Assembly: GCA_017578085.2 (NCBI GenBank)
Contig: PKQR02000002.1
Coordinates: 803 to 64,802 of the forward strand
Source: Bacillota bacterium
GTDB lineage: Bacteria; Bacillota; Limnochordia; Limnochordales; ZCTH02-B6
Length of the DNA: 64,000 nt
Direction of reading: 5' to 3'
The notes under the pieces are model-generated. The model had not been told where the DNA came from. It ran no database searches and worked only from the letters and a program-made list of their open reading frames with translations. This document shows, one piece after another, positions 1 through 9,710 of this stretch (position 1 is its first letter; every line of letters starts with the position of its first letter). The translations under genes were made by a program, and so were the position numbers.

Positions 1-1603
1 GGGACGCCGTCACCTGGCCGAAGCCGATCCCGGCCAGGACGTCGTCCACGTCGGCGAAGCCGTAGCGCTTGACCACGTCCTGCATGCGCTCCGAGCGCAA
101 GAGCTCCGCCGGGTCCAGCCCCAGGCGCCTGGCCTCCCGCTCCAGAATCTCGCGACCGCGGGCGAGGCTCTCCTCCCGCCGCACTTCCTTGAGCCAGCTG
201 CGAATCTTGGTGCGGGCCTTGGACGTCTTGACCAGGCCCAGCCAGTCCTGGGACGGCGTCGCGTGCTTGGACGTCAGGATCTCCACGATATCGCCGTTCT
301 GCAGCCGGTAGTCCAGGGAGACCATCTTGCCGTTGACCTTGGCGCCCACGCAGTGCATGCCGATATCGGTGTGCACCGAGAAGGCGAAGTCAATCGGCGT
401 GCTGCCCGCGGGCAGGCTCTTCACGTCGCCCTTGGGTGTAAACACGAAGACCTCGTCCTCAAAGAGGTCGATCTTGAGGGTCTCCATGAACTCCTGCGGG
501 TCCTTCATCTCCCGCAGCCATTCCATCACTTGCCGCAGCCACGCGACCTTTTCCTCAAACTCGCTGGTGGTCTTGCCTTCCTTGTACAGCCAGTGGGCGG
601 CGATGCCCATCTCGGCGATCCGGTGCATCTCGTGGGTCCGGATCTGGATCTCCAGCGGCTCGCCCCGGGGCCCGATGACCGTCGTGTGCAGCGACTGGTA
701 CAGGTTGGACTTGGGCATCGCGATGTAGTCCTTGAACCGCCCCGGCACCGGCTTCCACAAGGTGTGCACGAGCCCCAGCACCCCGTAGCAGTCCTTGACC
801 GTGTCGACGATGACCCGTACGGCCATCAGATCGTAGATCTCGCTCAGATCCTTGTTCTGGCGCTGGATCTTCTGCCAGATGCTGTAGAGGTGCTTGGGCC
901 GCCCCTGGAGGACGCCCCGGATGCCCACTTCCTCCAGGCGCTTTTGCAAGGTGTCGATGACTTGCTGGAGCTCCTTTTCCCGCTCCTCCCGGCGACGGGC
1001 GATGCGGCGCGCGAGCTCAGCATACTCCTCGGGATGAAGGGCCCGGAACGCCAGGTCCTCCATCTCCCACTTCATGGACCACATGCCGAGGCGATGGGCC
1101 AAAGGCGCGTAAATCTCCAACGTCTCCGTGGCCACCCGGCGCTGGCGCTCCACCGACAAATGCCGCAGCGTGCGCATGTTGTGCAGCCGGTCGGCCAGCT
1201 TGATCACGATCACCCGCAGGTCCTCGGCCATGGCCAGGAACATCTTGCGCAGCGATTGGGCCTGCTGCTCCTCGCGCGTCTGGAAGGTGAGCTTGTCCAG
1301 CTTGGTGACCCCGTCGACGAGGCGCACCACCTCGGGGCCAAACTCGGCCGTCAGCTGCTCGCGGGTGACGGGCGTGTCCTCCAGCACATCGTGCAGGAGC
1401 CCCGCCACGATGGTGGTCACGTCCATCTGGAGGTCGGCCAGGATGCACGCCACCTCATAGGGGTGCTGGAAGTAGTCCTCGCCCGAATCCCGGTACTGGC
1501 CCTTGTGGGCCTCGCGGGCGCGCGCGATAGCGCGGCGGACCCGTTCGATGTCCGCCTCCGGGTTGTAGGCGAGGATCTTTTCGATCAGCACGTCCCGCTG
1601 CAC
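1..1603 (-). CDS. relA: Bifunctional (p)ppGpp synthetase/hydrolase, RelA/SpoT family; N-terminal ~534 codons only (C-terminus lies beyond the left window edge)
   Basis: Absent from the ORF track because the frame is open at the window edge. Hand translation of the minus strand from GTG at 1603 gives VQRDVLIEKILAYNPEADIERV..HKGQYRDSGEDYFQHPYEVACILADLQMDVTTIVAGLLHDVLEDT (HD domain). It continues with ..RPKHLYSIWQKIQRQNKDLSEIYDLMAVRVIV (RelA/SpoT synthetase) and ..VFVFTPKGDVKSLPAGSTPIDFAFSVHTDIGMHCVGAKVNGKMVSLDYRLQNGDIVEILTS (TGS). Position downstream of apt matches recJ-apt-relA synteny. The start codon is uncertain within a few codons. Confidence 0.9.
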   Translation of the reverse strand, partial: MQRDVLIEKILAYNPEADIERVRRAIARAREAHKGQYRDSGEDYFQHPYEVACILADLQMDVTTIVAGLLHDVLEDTPVTREQLTAEFGPEVVRLVDGVTKLDKLTFQTREEQQAQSLRKMFLAMAEDLRVIVIKLADRLHNMRTLRHLSVERQRRVATETLEIYAPLAHRLGMWSMKWEMEDLAFRALHPEEYAELARRIARRREEREKELQQVIDTLQKRLEEVGIRGVLQGRPKHLYSIWQKIQRQNKDLSEIYDLMAVRVIVDTVKDCYGVLGLVHTLWKPVPGRFKDYIAMPKSNLYQSLHTTVIGPRGEPLEIQIRTHEMHRIAEMGIAAHWLYKEGKTTSEFEEKVAWLRQVMEWLREMKDPQEFMETLKIDLFEDEVFVFTPKGDVKSLPAGSTPIDFAFSVHTDIGMHCVGAKVNGKMVSLDYRLQNGDIVEILTSKHATPSQDWLGLVKTSKARTKIRSWLKEVRREESLARGREILEREARRLGLDPAELLRSERMQDVVKRYGFADVDDVLAGIGFGQVTAS

Positions 1604-1631
1604 TGCATCCCCCGCCGGCCGCCTGTCCCGG

Positions 1632-2159
1632 CTACTCCTCGTACGTCACCAGCGACAAGATCTCGTAGTTCCCCAGCTTGCGGAGCCGCTCCCGGCCCTT
1701 GAGGAACGCGAGCTCGATAAGAAAAGCAAAGCCGACGATCTGCCCCTTGAGCTGCTCCACCAGGCGCGCCGCGGCCTCCATCGTGCCGCCGGTGGCTAAA
1801 AGGTCGTCCACGATCAGGACGCGCTGGCCGGGGCGGATGGCGTCCACATGGATTTCTAGCGCATCCTTGCCGTACTCGAGCTCATACTCGACGCGTATTT
1901 TCTCCGCCGGCAGCTTGTTGGGCTTGCGGATCAGCACAAATCCCACGCCCAGCTCGTAGGCGAGGGGCGCGCCCACAGTAAACCCGCGCGATTCGACGCC
2001 GACCACCAGCTCCGGTTTCCGGTCCCGGTAATGGTCGGCCATGCGCTGCACCGCGTAGCGCAGCGCTTCGCCATTGGTCAAAAGCGGCGTAATGTCCTTG
2101 AAATTGACCCCCGGCTTGGGAAAGTCAGGCACCTCGCGGATCAGCGACCGCAAGTCCAT
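1632..2159 (-). CDS. apt: Adenine phosphoribosyltransferase
   Basis: 175-aa ORF starting MDLRSLIREVPDFPKPGVNFKDITPLL, with a PRPP-binding loop VLIVDDLLATGGT. It is collinear with B. subtilis/E. coli Apt. Confidence 0.95.
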   Translation of the reverse strand: MDLRSLIREVPDFPKPGVNFKDITPLLTNGEALRYAVQRMADHYRDRKPELVVGVESRGFTVGAPLAYELGVGFVLIRKPNKLPAEKIRVEYELEYGKDALEIHVDAIRPGQRVLIVDDLLATGGTMEAAARLVEQLKGQIVGFAFLIELAFLKGRERLRKLGNYEILSLVTYEE

Positions 2160-4740
2160 TCAATTCGCTCCTCTCGGCAGCCAGCGCAATCAAACGGGCC
2201 GGACTGGCCTCCAGTGCCATCCGGCTCACCGCGGCAAACGCCTGTTTCCTCTTGACACCGTCATTATATCGCGCGGAAAGACCGACGTCCACCTTGGCGG
2301 GAGGCCGCGGGGCCAGCCGTACGGGTCCCGGCGGTTCGCCATGCACAAGCCCCAGCTCCGCGAAAACTGCCAGCGCGTACTCCACCCCGGAGACCGAGAC
2401 GAGCCCGGGCCAGCGCTCGTGCATGAGGGCCGCCACGGCCTCGGCCGGAGGAACGACGCCCTGGCTGCGCTCGGCCAAGGCCGCTACCGCCCGGTAGACC
2501 CAGCGCAGGCTCTCTTGGCCCGGGTAGCAGCGCTCCAGGTGAGCCGCGGCCTCTTGCAGCACCGCCTCGTTGTACGCCAGGTGAATGGTCCAGCCCGGCG
2601 CCAGCGCCGCCGCCGCCAACAGCCGCCACAAGGCTTCGTCGTCCACCGGCAGCCCAAACAAGATGAGGTGTCCGCGCCCGGGCCAGGGCACCAGCTGTTC
2701 CCCGTTGACGGCCAACGCCTCTCCGTCCAAAACGGTAATGCGCGCCGCCGGGGCAGGAACGAGGTGAGTGGCCACGGGCGCCTCCTCCCTGACCATCGCG
2801 CCCGCCGCCCAGGCCAAGGCCCGGGGATCGTCGCCAACGCCGGTCAAAGCCACGATGCGGGCGCCAGTGGCCGCGAGGGCAGCCATGTAGGCGGTGCGGG
2901 CCAGCGGGTGCCGCGGCGCCCCTGCCCGGCGATCGGCCACCGGCACCGGCCCTGGGCGCAAGGTCACAATGGGGGCTACCGGGTGCGGCTCGGGTTTCCC
3001 CTCCAGCGCGGCCGCCACCTCGGCGCTCGCCTCAGGGGCCCGCAGCGATCGGAGCAAGAGCTCTACCCGCGCCGGGCCAAAGCCCTCGTTGAGCTGGGGC
3101 GTAAAGGCCACATCGAGCTCGGTTCCCGGCGAAGCGGCGTGCAGCAGGGCCCCTGCACCAAACGCGATGGCCTCAAGAACTTGGCCTGAGTTGGGGCAGC
3201 GCAGGGTGAGCTTGAGGTGGTCGCCTGAGGCCCCTACAGTCCGCGCTCCGAGCACCCGCACCCCGCGGGCGGCCAGGACCGGCGTCGGATTTCCCGGACC
3301 AAAGGGCGCCAGGGCGTCCAGCTCCCGCACCAGCCGCTCGTCGACCTGGTCGAGTCCCACCTCAAGATCGACCTCGACCCTAGGCAGGAGGTCCGCCGGC
3401 CCTAGCACCTGGGCCGCCAGCTTGTTGATGCGTTCGCGAAAGGCGGCCAGCGCCGTACGGGACACGGTGAGCCCGGCCGCCATGGCATGGCCTCCGAAGC
3501 GAATCAGGAGGTCGGCACACCCGCTCAAGGCGGCGAACAAATCAAACCCCGGGATGCTGCGGGCGGACCCTTTGCCCTCCTCTCCCTCCAGGGCCACCAC
3601 CACGGCCGGACGGGCAAACCGCTCTGCCAGGCGCCCCGCCACGATGCCGATCACCCCGGGGTGCCAGCCTTCCCCGGCCACCACCAGCACCCAGTCGGCC
3701 AAGAGATTCTCCCGTTCCACCTGAGCCACGGCGGCGTCGAGGATCTCGGCCTCGACCTGCTGCCGGGCGCGGTTGGCTTCGTCCAGCTGCTCCGCCAGGG
3801 GACTTGCCAGCGCCATGTCCTCGCTCAAAAGCAGCTGGACGCCTAGGCGGGCGTGGCTGATACGCCCCGCGGCGTTGAGCCTGGGGGCCAGGACAAACGC
3901 CACCTGGGTCGCGTTGACACGGCCGAGGTCTAAGCCGGCGACGCGGGCCAGGGCGGCCACGCCCACCGACGGGCGATTCCGCATGCGCTCCAAACCGGCC
4001 CGTACCAGCGCCCGGTTTTCGTCCAGCAATGGACACACGTCCGCGATGGTTCCCAGCGCGACGAGCTCGACAGCGTCCTCGCCGGGCACGGGCCGGGCCA
4101 GGCGCTGGCCCAGCGCCGTCAGGAGCTTATACGTGACGCCGACGCCGGCCAGCTCCCGGAAAGGATACCGGCTGTCGGCCCGCTTGGGGTTTACGACGGC
4201 CACCGCGTCAGGCAGCACGGGCCCGGGCTCGTGGTGATCCGTCACGATCACGTCCATGCCCAGTTCGTTGGCCCGGACCACCTCCGCCAGCGACTGGATC
4301 CCGCAATCGACGGTGATGAGCAGCCGCACGCCCTCTCCGGCCAGCCGCTCCACCGCCTCCATGTTGAGGCCGTAACCTTCCGTCTGGCGCTCCGGGATAT
4401 ACCACCGGGCGGCAACGCCCAGCCGCGCGAGCTCCCGCACCAGGAGGGCGACGCTGGTCTGGCCGTCCACGTCGTAGTCGCCGTACACCGCCACCGGTTC
4501 CCCGGCGGCCAAGGCGCGCGCCAGGCGATCCACGGCCCGGTGCATGTCGGGCAGCAGCCACGGATCGTGAAGGGCCGATGGACCCGGTTTTAGCAAGGCC
4601 CGCACCGCGGCAGGGTCCGTAAACCCGCGCACGGCCAGAAGGCGCGCCAGCACCCGGGAAACGCCCGCTTCCCGCTCAAGCCGTGCCGCCGCCGCCTCGT
4701 CCGGGGGCGGGCTCATCTTCCAGACGGTGTGCAGCTGCAT
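2125..4740 (-). CDS. recJ: Single-stranded-DNA-specific exonuclease RecJ (long Firmicute-type form with C-terminal extension)
   Basis: 871-aa ORF with DHH-family motifs (VAVYGDYDVDG, ITVDCG, VIVTDHHEPG, GGHAMAAG). Its 3' end overlaps the apt start by 35 nt. Confidence 0.9.
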   Translation of the reverse strand: MQLHTVWKMSPPPDEAAAARLEREAGVSRVLARLLAVRGFTDPAAVRALLKPGPSALHDPWLLPDMHRAVDRLARALAAGEPVAVYGDYDVDGQTSVALLVRELARLGVAARWYIPERQTEGYGLNMEAVERLAGEGVRLLITVDCGIQSLAEVVRANELGMDVIVTDHHEPGPVLPDAVAVVNPKRADSRYPFRELAGVGVTYKLLTALGQRLARPVPGEDAVELVALGTIADVCPLLDENRALVRAGLERMRNRPSVGVAALARVAGLDLGRVNATQVAFVLAPRLNAAGRISHARLGVQLLLSEDMALASPLAEQLDEANRARQQVEAEILDAAVAQVERENLLADWVLVVAGEGWHPGVIGIVAGRLAERFARPAVVVALEGEEGKGSARSIPGFDLFAALSGCADLLIRFGGHAMAAGLTVSRTALAAFRERINKLAAQVLGPADLLPRVEVDLEVGLDQVDERLVRELDALAPFGPGNPTPVLAARGVRVLGARTVGASGDHLKLTLRCPNSGQVLEAIAFGAGALLHAASPGTELDVAFTPQLNEGFGPARVELLLRSLRAPEASAEVAAALEGKPEPHPVAPIVTLRPGPVPVADRRAGAPRHPLARTAYMAALAATGARIVALTGVGDDPRALAWAAGAMVREEAPVATHLVPAPAARITVLDGEALAVNGEQLVPWPGRGHLILFGLPVDDEALWRLLAAAALAPGWTIHLAYNEAVLQEAAAHLERCYPGQESLRWVYRAVAALAERSQGVVPPAEAVAALMHERWPGLVSVSGVEYALAVFAELGLVHGEPPGPVRLAPRPPAKVDVGLSARYNDGVKRKQAFAAVSRMALEASPARLIALAAERSELNGLAVADPRGA

Positions 4741-4763
4741 GGGGGCTCACCTGCAAACGAACA

Positions 4764-5096
4764 TCAAAGGGAAGGCGGAGATGAGTGCGGGCGGTCGGCC
4801 GGGCGCCCCTCGTCCTTGAGCGCGGCCCGCTCCTGCTCCAGCTGCTGAAGCTTTTGCTCGAGCCGGTGGACTTGGTTTTGGAGCTGGCGGATCCGCCACG
4901 AGGCCCGGACTTGGCGGATCAACCCGATGAGCCAGGCCACCAGTGCTCCGGCCGCCGCCGAACCGACCACGACGACGACCAGCGACGTCTGGATCTGCCA
5001 GCGGATGAGATTGACGGTGATGGGCTCGGCGTTTTGCACCGCGAAAACGGCCACGCCCAGCGCGAAAAGCAAGGCGACGATGAGCAACAACTGCAC
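4764..5096 (-). CDS. Small membrane protein, LapA/DUF1049-like (two TM segments plus C-terminal coiled-coil)
   Basis: The C-terminal part of ORF 4764..5210 reads VQLLLIVALLFALGVAVFAVQNAEPITVNLIRWQIQTSLVVVVVGSAAAGALVAWLIGL, followed by a QLQNQVHRLEQKLQQLEQER coil. I chose the GTG at 5096, which is preceded by GGGGGGA 7 nt upstream. ATG 5132 or the ORF start at 5210 are alternatives. Confidence 0.5.
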   Translation of the reverse strand: MQLLLIVALLFALGVAVFAVQNAEPITVNLIRWQIQTSLVVVVVGSAAAGALVAWLIGLIRQVRASWRIRQLQNQVHRLEQKLQQLEQERAALKDEGRPADRPHSSPPSL

Positions 5097-5261
5097 CGAT
5101 GGGTCCCCCCGACCGCGCGGCGCTCCTGGCATCAACTGGCACTTCGCTGCCGCCGGGCCCCTTCCCTGCCCATCGGTGCCAAGCTCTGCCTGCGGATTCG
5201 CCGCCAGCACGGCTGTCCCTTGTCTGGAGGAGCTCGCCTGCCCAGCCGCCGGCGCCGGCCT

Positions 5262-6929
5262 TTAGAACCGTCCCGAGCGCAGGATGCCGATGACGAGTCC
5301 CAACCCGATGAAGGCGGCCAGCACGAAACCGATGACCCCCACCGCCGGCACGCCCCACCAGATGGGCCCTTGCGCCTGCAGCACGATCCCGGAACCGATG
5401 ATCAGGGCCGCGAGGACGATGGCCATGGCCACCCGGTTGCTGGTGCGCTCCAGGCGCTGCACCGTCCGATCCAGCCCCTCGTGCAGGAAGCGCACCTGCA
5501 GTTCGCCCCGCAAAAGCCGCGTCAGCGACCGGTCGATTTTCCCCGGCAGGTGGCCGAGGAGCTGCAGGTATTCCATTCCCTCCGCCACCGCCCTGCGGGC
5601 CACCTCGAACGGGTCCAGCTGCCGCCGGATGAGCTCCGTGGCCCACGGTTTGGCGATTTCCAGCGCGTTGAACTCGGGATCGAGGCTCTTGCCCACGCCC
5701 TCGATGGTGACCAGGGCCTTGCCGAGCAAAAGCAGATCGGGAGGCAGCCGCAGCCGGTGGCGATGGGCGATCTGCAGCACTTCCTGCACGAGGGGCCCAA
5801 GCTCCAGCTGCTTCAGCGGCTTGCCGTAATGGCGATCGATCAGGTCCTCCAGGTCCCGGCGGACGGGCCGGAGGTCGACGTCGTCACCCAGCGCGCCCAA
5901 GCGGATGAGCCCGCGCACGACCCGATCCGTGTCCCGCCGGGTGACGCCGACAAACAGATCAACGACGGCGCTCATTGTCTCCTGGTCAAGGCGCCCGACG
6001 ATGCCGAAATCGATGATGGCCAGCGACCCGTCGTCCATGACAAAGAAATTGCCCGGGTGCGGGTCGCCGTGAAAGACGCCGTCCACAAGCACCATGCGGA
6101 GAAACACTTCCGCGCCCAGCCGGGCGACCTCCCGCGGGTCGAGCCCCAGCCGCTCCAGGGCTTCCCGATCGTCCACCTTGACACCCTGGAGGTATTCCAT
6201 GACCAGCACGCGCGAAGTGGTCAGCTCCCAGTACACTTTGGGGATGCGGACGCGCCGCTCATCGGCCCACGCCCGCCGGAAGCGCTCGATATTCCCCGCT
6301 TCCAGGTGGTAATCCATCTCGCGGCGCAAGATCCGGCTAAACTCATCCACAAACTCCCGCGGGCTGAACCGCTCCGGGCGGAGCCGATCCTCGATGAGCT
6401 CGGCCACGCTCGCCAGGATCTCCAGGTCGGTGGCGATCAGCTCCTCGACGCCGGGGCGCCGCACCTTGACGACGACGCGGGAACCGTCCCGCAGCACGGC
6501 CCGGTGGACCTGGCCGATGGAAGCCGCGGCCAACGGCTCTGTCTCAAACAAGGCGAAGGCGTCCTCCAGCGGCCGGCCCAACTCCCGCTCCACTTCCCGG
6601 ATGATGTCCTGCACGTCCACTGGGGGAACGTGATCCTGCAGCAGGGACAATTCCGCGGCGATGTCCTCGGGGACGATGTCAGGGCGGGTGCTCAAGATCT
6701 GGCCAAGCTTGATGAAGGTAGGACCCAGCGTTTCCAGGGCTGAACGCAAGCGCGCGCCCCGGGTTTGCTCAGGCGGGGCTGGCGGCATGAGGCGCCGGCG
6801 GAACGGGATAAGGTGCTGGAGGTCCAGCTGCGCCAGGAAATAGCCGAAGCCGTAGCGCAGCAGGACCTCCACGATCTGCCGGTAGCGGCGCAGGTGCCGA
6901 TAGCGCCGCTGCATAAAGCCGAAAGGCAC
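5262..6929 (-). CDS. ABC1/UbiB (AarF) family atypical kinase with two C-terminal TM helices
   Basis: 555-aa ORF with typical ABC1 kinase-like motifs: GPTFIKLGQILSTRPDIVP, AAASIGQVHRAVL, HGDPHPGNFFV, IIDFGIVG. The C-terminus is hydrophobic. Confidence 0.85.
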   Translation of the reverse strand: MPFGFMQRRYRHLRRYRQIVEVLLRYGFGYFLAQLDLQHLIPFRRRLMPPAPPEQTRGARLRSALETLGPTFIKLGQILSTRPDIVPEDIAAELSLLQDHVPPVDVQDIIREVERELGRPLEDAFALFETEPLAAASIGQVHRAVLRDGSRVVVKVRRPGVEELIATDLEILASVAELIEDRLRPERFSPREFVDEFSRILRREMDYHLEAGNIERFRRAWADERRVRIPKVYWELTTSRVLVMEYLQGVKVDDREALERLGLDPREVARLGAEVFLRMVLVDGVFHGDPHPGNFFVMDDGSLAIIDFGIVGRLDQETMSAVVDLFVGVTRRDTDRVVRGLIRLGALGDDVDLRPVRRDLEDLIDRHYGKPLKQLELGPLVQEVLQIAHRHRLRLPPDLLLLGKALVTIEGVGKSLDPEFNALEIAKPWATELIRRQLDPFEVARRAVAEGMEYLQLLGHLPGKIDRSLTRLLRGELQVRFLHEGLDRTVQRLERTSNRVAMAIVLAALIIGSGIVLQAQGPIWWGVPAVGVIGFVLAAFIGLGLVIGILRSGRF

Positions 6930-6942
6930 CAGCCCTCACCGC

Positions 6943-7857
6943 CTAGCGGACGGGAGCGGGGCTCGCCTCAGCCCGCCTGCGCTCCTCCCGCTCCTTCCAG
7001 AGCCACCACAAGGGGTTGGCCACCATCATGGACGAGTAGGTGCCGACGGTCAAGCCCACCAGAAGCACCAGGATGAAGTCCCGCAAAGTGCTGCCGCCAA
7101 AGATGAACAAGGTGACGAGGGCCAAGAGCGTGGTGGCGCTCGTGTGGATGGTGCGGGCCAGCGTCTCATTAAGACTGCGGTTCAACAAGTCGAAGAGGGA
7201 TTCGCCTTTGCGGATCCGCAGGTTTTCCCGCACCCGGTCAAAGATGACGATGGTGGCGTTGAGCGAGTACCCGATGACCGTGAGGATGGCCGCGATGAAG
7301 GGGCTGTTGACCTCTACCCCCAGCGCCGAAACGACGCCCGTGGCGATGATGGCGTCGTGCAAGAGAGCCGCGATCGCCGCGACGGCGAACTTGAACTCAA
7401 ACCGCAAGGAGACGTAAACCAGAATCCCGAGCGAAGCGAGGGCGACGGCCAAGAGCGCTCGCCGCACCAGCTCCGCACCGACGACGGGTCCCACCAGCTC
7501 CGTGCGCAGGATCTCCACGCTGCCAAAGGCGTCGCCTAAGGCCGCGTCGACCCGCTCAATCTCCTGGCTGCTCAAAGGGCGCGTCCGGATGAGCACGTCG
7601 TGGGGATCGTCCAACGGCTGGATGACGGCTCCCGCCACGTCCAGGTCGGCCAACTGTGGGCTGGCCAAGACTTGCCGGACGTCGTCGGCCGTCACCGGCC
7701 GGCCCAGCTGCCGCTCCAACAAGGTGCCGCCCGTGAAGTCGATGCCCAGGTTGAGGCCCCGGACGCCCAGGCTGATGAGGCTGAGAACGACGAGAACGGC
7801 CGACAAGGTCAGCGTCGCCTTGCCATAGCGCATGAAGTTGATACGCGTCTGTCCCAT
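6943..7857 (-). CDS. secF: Protein translocase subunit SecF
   Basis: The ORF 6943..7977 was trimmed to ATG 7857 (MGQTRINFMRYGKATLTLSAV..), which lies 4 nt after the secD stop. It has the typical SecF membrane topology and GIDFTGGT motif. Confidence 0.85.
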   Translation of the reverse strand: MGQTRINFMRYGKATLTLSAVLVVLSLISLGVRGLNLGIDFTGGTLLERQLGRPVTADDVRQVLASPQLADLDVAGAVIQPLDDPHDVLIRTRPLSSQEIERVDAALGDAFGSVEILRTELVGPVVGAELVRRALLAVALASLGILVYVSLRFEFKFAVAAIAALLHDAIIATGVVSALGVEVNSPFIAAILTVIGYSLNATIVIFDRVRENLRIRKGESLFDLLNRSLNETLARTIHTSATTLLALVTLFIFGGSTLRDFILVLLVGLTVGTYSSMMVANPLWWLWKEREERRRAEASPAPVR

Positions 7858-7861
7858 GGGG

Positions 7862-9070
7862 TCAGGCTGCCTCCCGGACACCAAAGTAGCGGGCCGTACC
7901 CTGCGGGTTGGTGTCCACCGCCGCTTCGAGCAGCCACCGGGTGACGACGATGGCCGTGAACATGCTGGCCGCCACACCCAGGCTCAACGTGACCGCGAAG
8001 CCTTTCACCGGGCCCGTGCCCAAGAAGAACAGGACGGCGGCGGCGATGATGGTCGTCACGTTGGCGTCCAGGATGGCGCTGAAAGCCCGGTGGAAGCCGG
8101 CCCGAATGGCAGCCCGGATCCGCTTGCCTGCCCGGAGCTCATCCTTGATGCGTTCATAAATGATGACGTTTGCGTCCACCGCCATGCCCACCGACAAGAT
8201 GAAACCGGCGATGCCCGGCAGGGTCAAGGTGGCATGCAGGCCGGCCAACAATGCGAGGACCAGCAGGATGTAGACGCCCAGGGCCAGGTCAGCCAAGAGT
8301 CCCGGCAGCCGGTAGAACATGATCATGTAGAGAACGACCAGCACAAGCCCCGCGATGCCGGCCCGCAGGCTGCGGTCGATGGATTCCTTCCCGAGGGTCG
8401 GGCCGACGTTGCGCATCTCCACCACTTCCAGCGGCACCGGCAACGAACCGGCTTTCAATAGGATGGCCAGGTTGCGGGCTTCCTCGTAGGTGAAGTTGCC
8501 GGTGATTTGCCCTTGGCCGGAAGTGATGGGCTCCTGGACAACGGGGGCGACCAGGAGCTCGCCGTCCAAGAGATGCGGGATGGGCTGGCCGACATACAAG
8601 GTGGTGAGCTGGGCGAAGCGGGCGGCGCCTTCGGGGGTGAACTCCACGTCGACGGCCGGCCGCCCGAACCGGTCGACGCCAAGGCGAGCGTCAGCCAAGT
8701 CCGCGCCCGTCAGCACCGTGCGCCCAAGAGGATCCTTGATCTCCAGCTGTGCGGTGCGCCCGATGACGTCCACCGCCTGCTGCTGGTCGGTCACGCCGGG
8801 CAGCTCTACCACGATGCGCCGGGAACCCTCGCGCTGGATGACGGGCTCGGCGACCCCCAGCGCGTTGATCCGGCGATCAATAATGGCCATCGCCCGCTCC
8901 ATGGCCTCGTCGGTGACGGGAGTGCTGGCGGTCTCCCGCGCTTCCAAAACGATGTGGACCCCGCCTTGCAGATCGAGGCCCAATTGCATCGGAAAACGGT
9001 ATAAGACCACGCCCGTGACCGCGAGGATCACGAGGATGACCGCGATGCGCACGATGTTCCCGCGGGGCAA
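7862..9070 (-). CDS. secD: Protein translocase subunit SecD
   Basis: The ORF 7862..9151 was trimmed to TTG 9070, which is preceded by GAGGGAGG 8 nt upstream. SecD motifs are present: LGLDLQGGVHIVLE, VGPTLG, and RND-like TM bundles. Confidence 0.85.
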   Translation of the reverse strand: MPRGNIVRIAVILVILAVTGVVLYRFPMQLGLDLQGGVHIVLEARETASTPVTDEAMERAMAIIDRRINALGVAEPVIQREGSRRIVVELPGVTDQQQAVDVIGRTAQLEIKDPLGRTVLTGADLADARLGVDRFGRPAVDVEFTPEGAARFAQLTTLYVGQPIPHLLDGELLVAPVVQEPITSGQGQITGNFTYEEARNLAILLKAGSLPVPLEVVEMRNVGPTLGKESIDRSLRAGIAGLVLVVLYMIMFYRLPGLLADLALGVYILLVLALLAGLHATLTLPGIAGFILSVGMAVDANVIIYERIKDELRAGKRIRAAIRAGFHRAFSAILDANVTTIIAAAVLFFLGTGPVKGFAVTLSLGVAASMFTAIVVTRWLLEAAVDTNPQGTARYFGVREAA

Positions 9071-9159
9071 CCTCTGTTCCTCCCTCGCTTGCGAATGGAC
9101 GCCGGCGCCGCTTGGGGGCCAAAAAACGGCACCAGGCCGTCCTTGCGGCACACGCAGAC

Positions 9160-9188
9160 ATTATAATGCCGGGCCCAGGGCTTGTCAA
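9160..9188 (-). promoter_or_regulatory. Consensus sigma-A type promoter upstream of secD (TTGACA-N17-TATAAT)
   Basis: The minus strand reads TTGACA (9188..9183), an exactly 17-nt spacer agccctgggcccggcat, then TATAAT (9165..9160). It lies about 90 nt upstream of the secD start. Confidence 0.5.
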
Positions 9189-9235
9189 TTTCGACAACTC
9201 CGCCCCGGCGGCCGCCGCGCCGGCGCCGGCTGCCC

Positions 9236-9697
9236 TCAGGCCCGGTCTCCCTCAGTCCGGGCCCCCACCTGGATCATGGTGGCGAGCATGGTGGCCACCA
9301 CCGTTTCGCCATCGGCGCCGTAAGCCACCACGTCGCCGGCGCAGACCGTGATGGTGCGGCCCGGCCGCACCACCCGGCCGCGGGCCAAAAACGCATCTCC
9401 CTTGGCCGGCGCCAGCAGGTTGATTTTGAACTCTACACTGAGCACTTCGGCTCCGGCAGGCATCAAGGTCAAGGCGGCGTAGCCGCAGGCGCTGTCCGCG
9501 ATGGCGGTCACCGCCGCCGCGTGCAGGTAGCCGTGCTGCTGGGTCAGCTCCGGGCGAAACGGCAGCCGGATCTCGACCAGGCCCGGCTCGACCCGCACCA
9601 GTTCGGCCCCAAACAGCGCCATGATGCGCTGCTTGGCAAAGCTTTCCCGCACCCGCTGGGCGTAGTCGGGCGTTTTCGGCTGCCACGCTGCCGCCAC
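9236..9697 (-). CDS. PaaI/4HBT-family hotdog-fold thioesterase
   Basis: 153-aa ORF with a GTG start preceded by TAGGAGGTG. The sequence ..ELTQQHGYLHAAAVTAIADSACGYAA..EFKINLLAPAKGD..ARGRVVRPGRTITVCAGDV is typical of PaaI-like thioesterases. Confidence 0.7.
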   Translation of the reverse strand: MAAAWQPKTPDYAQRVRESFAKQRIMALFGAELVRVEPGLVEIRLPFRPELTQQHGYLHAAAVTAIADSACGYAALTLMPAGAEVLSVEFKINLLAPAKGDAFLARGRVVRPGRTITVCAGDVVAYGADGETVVATMLATMIQVGARTEGDRA

Positions 9698-9710
9698 CCG
9701 CCTGCACCTC

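Noticed and set aside
263-1702. 479-aa plus-strand ORF covering the left end of the window
   Set aside because: It is antisense to the clearly recognisable relA/spoT reading frame. The product is Arg/Gly/His/Pro/Leu-rich with no domain signature. This is a typical stop-free antisense frame in GC-rich DNA.
4785-6743. 652-aa plus-strand ORF
   Set aside because: It is antisense to the UbiB-family kinase and the LapA-like gene. Its composition is dominated by R/P/G/D/Q/H, and it has no RBS or family resemblance.
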